DNA from: an uncultured bacterium
Lineage (GTDB): Bacteria > Patescibacteriota > Minisyncoccia > Phycocordibacterales > UBA6065
DNA: 64,000 bases
Direction: 5' to 3'
NCBI GenBank assembly: GCA_963841935.1
Contig: CAWJEP010000004.1
Coordinates: 14,975-78,974 of the forward strand
Positions 59,275 through 64,000 of the stretch are shown here, one piece after another. How positions within the stretch are numbered: position 1 is the stretch's first letter; every line of letters begins with the position of its first letter. Position numbers and translations under genes: made by a program. The notes beneath the pieces were generated by a model. That model made no database searches, had not been told where the DNA came from, and worked only from the letters and a program-made list of their open reading frames with translations.

Positions 59275-60972
59275 ATGGCAACGATTGACGAGACAAATAA
59301 AGTCACTTATTTCGCCTTTACCGACTCTAGAGGCAAGAAAATCCCTTTCGGCATCAAAGCCAAAGACCGCACAAAACACACCTACATCATAGGTAAGACG
59401 GGCATGGGCAAATCCACGGTTCTCGAAAATATGGCGATTCAGGATATTCAGAGCGGTAACGGCATCACTTTCATAGACCCGCACGGCAAAACCGCCGAAC
59501 TTCTTCTCGAATACGTGCCGGAATCCAGAATAAACGATGTCCTTTACATCGCGCCGTTCGACACAGATTTTCCCGTTTCATTCAATGTCATGGAAGACGT
59601 AGGCGAAGACAAGAGGCATCTCGTGGTCAACGGTCTAATGTCGGCTTTCAAGAAAATCTGGGTGGACGCGTGGAGCGCGAGAATGGAATACATTTTGAAT
59701 AATATTTTGCTCGCACTCCTCGAATATCCCGGATCGACACTCATTGGCGTCAACAGAATGCTCGCCGACAAAGATTACCGCAAAAAAGTCGTAAGTAATG
59801 TCAAAGACCCGGCGGTCAGGGCTTTTTGGGTGGACGAATTCGCCAAATACGGCGAGCGATACATGCAAGAAGCCGGCGCGGCGATTCAAAACAAAATCGG
59901 TCAGTTTATTTCCAATCCTCTGGTCAGGAACATTATCGGCCAGCCGAAATCCACTTTCGATTTACGCAAGATGATGGACGAGAAAAAAATCATCATCATC
60001 AACTTGTCGAAAGGCAGGGTGGGAGAGCAGAACGCGAACCTTCTCGGCTCGATGCTCATCACGAAAATATATCTTGCCGCAATGTCTCGCGCCGATATTT
60101 CGGAAAAAGAATTGAACCTTTTGCCGCAGTTTTATCTTTACGTCGATGAATTTCAATCTTTCGCCAACGAATCTTTCGCAAACATTCTTTCCGAAGCCCG
60201 AAAATACAAACTCAATCTGACGATGGCGCACCAATATATCGAACAAATGTCCGACGAAGTCCGCGCCGCCGTTTTCGGCAACGTCGGCACGATGGTTGTC
60301 TTTCGCGTCGGCGCTTACGACGCGGAAGTTTTGGAAAAAGAATTCGCGCCAAGATTCGAGAGCGCGGATATAGTCAATCTCGGTATTTTCCAGATTTATC
60401 TCAAGCTTATGATTGATGGCGTGACGAGCCAGCCTTTTTCCGCAACGACAATGCCTCCGATAGAAAAGCCGCCCTTGTCTTTCCGCGACAAAATAGTGGA
60501 AGAGTCGCGTAAAGCATTTTCCCGCCCGCGCGCGGATGTCGAAAAAGATGTTATTGCCCAATCCGGCGGGCAAGGGGATCAAACAGCTCCGCCTGCGCCA
60601 TTTGCGCGCTCGGAAAACTCGCAACCCCAGGCAAGGCCTCAAACAGTTCCTCGCGCGCAGATGGCGCCGCCTCCGCGACCACAAATTCAAACGACGCCAC
60701 CGCAACCATCCCGTCCGACGCTAGAATCGTCTGACGGATTTTCGAGTCTCAAAGACATAGCGGCAAAAATTTCAAAACCTCAAAATCCACCGCGTCCGCA
60801 AGAGCATTTTCCTCCGAAAAAAGTCGGCACGGAAGAACACAAGCAAAATCTCCGAGCCGCGCTTTCCGATGTCTTGAAGAAACAGCCAAACCAAACCGAA
60901 GGCACTTTGCCGAAGGCGCCAGCGAAAAATGAAGTTCCCGAAGATGTCTTACGTTCTATTCTGGGAGAATAA
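59275..60972 (+). CDS. HerA/VirB4/TraD-like ATPase with Pro-rich tail
   Basis: GKTGMGKST, FIDPHG, YVDEFQ, LSEARKY, AHQY. Confidence 0.88.
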   Translation: MATIDETNKVTYFAFTDSRGKKIPFGIKAKDRTKHTYIIGKTGMGKSTVLENMAIQDIQSGNGITFIDPHGKTAELLLEYVPESRINDVLYIAPFDTDFPVSFNVMEDVGEDKRHLVVNGLMSAFKKIWVDAWSARMEYILNNILLALLEYPGSTLIGVNRMLADKDYRKKVVSNVKDPAVRAFWVDEFAKYGERYMQEAGAAIQNKIGQFISNPLVRNIIGQPKSTFDLRKMMDEKKIIIINLSKGRVGEQNANLLGSMLITKIYLAAMSRADISEKELNLLPQFYLYVDEFQSFANESFANILSEARKYKLNLTMAHQYIEQMSDEVRAAVFGNVGTMVVFRVGAYDAEVLEKEFAPRFESADIVNLGIFQIYLKLMIDGVTSQPFSATTMPPIEKPPLSFRDKIVEESRKAFSRPRADVEKDVIAQSGGQGDQTAPPAPFARSENSQPQARPQTVPRAQMAPPPRPQIQTTPPQPSRPTLESSDGFSSLKDIAAKISKPQNPPRPQEHFPPKKVGTEEHKQNLRAALSDVLKKQPNQTEGTLPKAPAKNEVPEDVLRSILGE

Positions 60973-60975
60973 TTT

Positions 60976-61110
60976 ATGTACGTATTTTTTCTTTTTTTGG
61001 TCATCGCGCTTGGAATAATCGGTTTTTTCTCCGTTGCCGTGAGCGAAAAATCAGAAAAAAAAGTCGGTACTGTTTCCGCCGAATACGAGATTATAGAAGA
61101 CAATGCCTGA
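60976..61110 (+). CDS. 44-aa single-TM protein (below ORF-track cutoff)
   Basis: MYVFFLFLVIALGIIGFFSVAVSEKSEKKVGTVSAEYEIIEDNA*; fills the gap between two genes. Confidence 0.5.
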   Translation: MYVFFLFLVIALGIIGFFSVAVSEKSEKKVGTVSAEYEIIEDNA

Positions 61111-62236
61111 AACAACGCCAAAACGAATCCTGATTTTCTCCCTCACGTATTATCCGCGCCGCATTGGCGGCGCGGAAGTCGCGATAAAAGAAATCACCGA
61201 CCGATTATCGCAAAACGAATACGAATTCGACATGGTCACGCTTCATTTGGATGGAGATTTGCCGGCATATGAAAAAATCGGAAACGTAAATGTCTATCGA
61301 GTCGGCCGAGGAAAATATTTTTTTACCATGATGGCGGCAAAAAAAGCGGCGTCTCTTCATAAAGAAAGAAAATACGACGCAGTCTGGAGTATGATGGCAA
61401 ACTACGCCGGCTTCGCCGCGCTTTTTTTCAAAATGCGGCACGCAAAAACGCCGTTCATTTTGTCGCTTCAAGAAGGCGACCCGATTGATTACATAAAAAA
61501 GCGCGTCAGGTTCGTCTATCCGCTTTTTAAAAAGATTTTCACCAAAGCCGACGTCATTCAGACGATTTCAAATTATCTCGCCGATTTCGCCCGCGATATG
61601 GGTGGAAAAAATATCATCGTCGTGCCGAACGGCGTCGACGTGGCGCGTTTTTCAGCGCGAATTTCCACGAGAGAAAACGAAATCGGCAAAGCCGTCGAAG
61701 ACGTGTTTCTCGTAACGGCATCGCGTCTCGTCCTAAAAAACGCCGTTTCGGATATTGTTAAGGCCCTTAAATTTCTGCCGCAAAACGTGAAACTTCTCGT
61801 TTGCGGCACGGGCTACGAGGAAAAAAGCTTGCGAGCCCTTGTCGAGAAACTTTCTCTGGGTGGTCGCGTAGTTTTCAAAGGTTTCGTGCCGCAAAAAGAT
61901 TTGCCGGCGTATCTTAGGACTTGCGACATATTCGTCAGGCCGTCGCTTTCCGAAGGTTTCGGCAATTCTTTTATCGAAGCAATGGCGGCACGGATTCCCG
62001 TCGTCGCTACGCCGGTCGGCGGCATCGTTGACTTTCTCTCCGATAAAAAGACCGGACTTTTTTGCGCCGTTTCCGAGCCGAAAGATTTGGCCAAAAAAGT
62101 CGAAATCTATATGCGCGATATAAATCTTCGCGAGGAAATCATCGACAACGCGTTTCTTATGGTAAAAGAAAAATACGATTGGAACTTGATTGCGCGCGAT
62201 ATGAAAGAAAAAGTGTTCGACAAAATACTTTTATGA
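61103..62236 (+). CDS. GT4 family glycosyltransferase
   Basis: GGAE, PNGVD, EGFGNSFIEAMA. Confidence 0.93.
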   Translation: MPETTPKRILIFSLTYYPRRIGGAEVAIKEITDRLSQNEYEFDMVTLHLDGDLPAYEKIGNVNVYRVGRGKYFFTMMAAKKAASLHKERKYDAVWSMMANYAGFAALFFKMRHAKTPFILSLQEGDPIDYIKKRVRFVYPLFKKIFTKADVIQTISNYLADFARDMGGKNIIVVPNGVDVARFSARISTRENEIGKAVEDVFLVTASRLVLKNAVSDIVKALKFLPQNVKLLVCGTGYEEKSLRALVEKLSLGGRVVFKGFVPQKDLPAYLRTCDIFVRPSLSEGFGNSFIEAMAARIPVVATPVGGIVDFLSDKKTGLFCAVSEPKDLAKKVEIYMRDINLREEIIDNAFLMVKEKYDWNLIARDMKEKVFDKILL

Positions 62237-63348
62237 AAATTCTTATCGCAACGGGAATATATCCGCCGCAAATAGGAGGGCCGGCCACATACTCGAAACT
62301 TCTGCACGACGAATTGCCGAAATACGGTTTTGAAGTTTCCGTTTGTAATTTCGGCGATGTTTTGAAATTTCCGAAAATCGTCCGTCACGCGGTTTATTTC
62401 TGGAAACTCATTCTTGTTTCGGCAAATGTTGACGCCTTATACGCTCAGGATCCGGTGTCCGTCGGTTTTCCGGCGCTTCTGGCGTCGCAAGTTCGCGGAA
62501 AGAAATTTATTTTGAAAATCGTGGGGGACTACGCGTGGGAACAGAGCACACAGCGTTTCGACGTCTTTGACCGGCTCGACGATTTCTCCGCGATATCGAA
62601 ACCGTATTCGCTTCGCGTGAGATTTCTGAAAAAAATCCAAAAATACGTCGCCGACGGAGCGGATAAAATCGCCACGCCGAGCGCCTATTTGAAAAAAATC
62701 ATTTCTAATTGGGGAGTGGATTCGAAAAAAATAACCGTCATACACAACGCTTTCGATTTCAAAGGTCTTTCGGTGGGCAAAAGCGTCTTGCGCCACAAGC
62801 TCGGCATTACCGGCACGACAATCATTTCCGCCGGCCGGCTCGTGCCTTGGAAAGGATTTTTCGCGCTCATTGCCGCCTTAGCGGAAGTTAAAAAAGAAAT
62901 TCCCGACGCTGTTCTTTATATAGCCGGAGAAGGTCCGTTTAGAGGCGAACTTGAGAAAAAAACAAAAGACATGAACCTTTCGGATAGCGTTGTTTTTCTT
63001 GGAAAAGTGGCGCAAGATTTGCTTTTTGAGTATGTAAAAGCCGCCGATGTTTTCGTCTTAAACACCGACTATGAAGGTTTTTCTCATCAACTTCTTGAAA
63101 CTATGGCCCTAGGCACGCCTATTATAACTACGCCGGTTGGCGGCAACGTGGAGCTCATTGAAGATGAATTGACGGGGCTTTTTGTCGAATATAACGACGA
63201 GAAGAAAATTGCGGACGAGGTCGTCAGACTCGTAAGAGACCCGGTATTTGCCGATGAAGTTTCAAAAAACGCCAAAGCAAAAGTCAAAGAATTTTCCGAC
63301 GAGCGAATGCTTTCCGAGCTAGCGGTATTTCTCAAAACAATAAAATGA
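62233..63348 (+). CDS. GT4 family glycosyltransferase
   Basis: YPPQIGGPATY, GRLVPWKG, EGFSHQLLETMA. Confidence 0.92.
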   Translation: MKILIATGIYPPQIGGPATYSKLLHDELPKYGFEVSVCNFGDVLKFPKIVRHAVYFWKLILVSANVDALYAQDPVSVGFPALLASQVRGKKFILKIVGDYAWEQSTQRFDVFDRLDDFSAISKPYSLRVRFLKKIQKYVADGADKIATPSAYLKKIISNWGVDSKKITVIHNAFDFKGLSVGKSVLRHKLGITGTTIISAGRLVPWKGFFALIAALAEVKKEIPDAVLYIAGEGPFRGELEKKTKDMNLSDSVVFLGKVAQDLLFEYVKAADVFVLNTDYEGFSHQLLETMALGTPIITTPVGGNVELIEDELTGLFVEYNDEKKIADEVVRLVRDPVFADEVSKNAKAKVKEFSDERMLSELAVFLKTIK

Positions 63349-64000
63349 AAGTCTTAATGATATCGAACGATCCGAAGATTTTAGAAAAAGGAAGCGCGGT
63401 TTTCGCGCGCGTGGAGGAGTACGGGAAACAATTCGAAGAGCTTCACGTTTTGTATGTTACCGGCAGGTCGTTTAAACATTCGCCTTTTTCCGCCGTTATG
63501 GCGGGGAAAAAATAATGCGCGAGCGCGGTTTCGGAGAAAACGATTTAATCACGACCCAAGACCCGTTTCTTACGGCAAGCGCGGGCGCGAGTTTGAAGAA
63601 AAAATTCAAAAGTAAATTGGAAATCCAGATTCACACAGATATCGGCTCGCCTTATTACGCCGCGGAAAAATTTACCAACAGAATGCGGCTTTGGTCCGCA
63701 AGGAAAAACATCCCAAATGCCGACCATATTCGTGTCGTGTCGGAAAGAATTAAAAAATTTCTCATCGAAGCGAAATGCTTGCGCATTTCGCCCGAGAAAA
63801 TAGAAGTCAGGCCGATATTCGTAGACACGGAGAAAATAAAAAACGCGCCTATTACTGCAGACCTCCATAAAAAATATCCGCAGTTCAAAAAAATCATTCT
63901 GATGGCGTCGCGCCTCACGCACGAGAAAGACATTCCGACCGCTTTGCGCGCGTTTTCGCTCTTGCGAAAACGCGCGCCTGATACCGGCCTAATAATTGTC
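63345..64000 (+). CDS. Glycosyltransferase, N-terminal part; frameshift near 63500; runs off window
   Basis: MKVLMISND; then QDPF, QIHTD, IRVVSERI, SRL.HEK in a shifted frame. Confidence 0.75.

Noticed and set aside
59275-60972. Conjugative element or ICE around the VirB4/TraD-like ATPase
   Set aside because: No relaxase, integrase or mating-pair genes; composition matches core genes

Overview
Chromosomal segment of a Patescibacteria (CPR) bacterium, most likely Parcubacteria/Paceibacteria, using genetic code 11. Support: no rpmD between rpsE and rplO, no rplA after rplK, no rplI after rpsR, a long tmRNA tag, and typical CPR hypothetical families. It holds a thymidylate cluster (NDT-like, dCMP deaminase, thyX, glyA, tmk, dut), four aminoacyl-tRNA synthetases (IleRS with an inserted histidine-phosphatase domain), recO/recA/ftsK, ribosomal protein genes, secY-adk-map-ndk, tmRNA/smpB, ftsH, a candidate 6S RNA, two related S-layer-like genes, a secreted lipase cassette and glycosyltransferases. 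Several genes carry indels that look like assembly errors. No CRISPR, rRNA, tRNA, integrase or transposase was seen. Most notable unexplained structure: (1) a winged-helix gene divergent from ftsK whose promoter and coding sequence hold a dense cluster of AAGGAC sites; (2) an orphan structured RNA candidate at 30.5-30.7 kb; (3) a phosphatase gene captured with a duplicated host-gene 3' end; (4) a 49-nt element with locus-specific 24-bp arms at stop codons; (5) two promoter classes, leaderless and 16-bp spacer. All calls come from reading the sequence; no searches were run.
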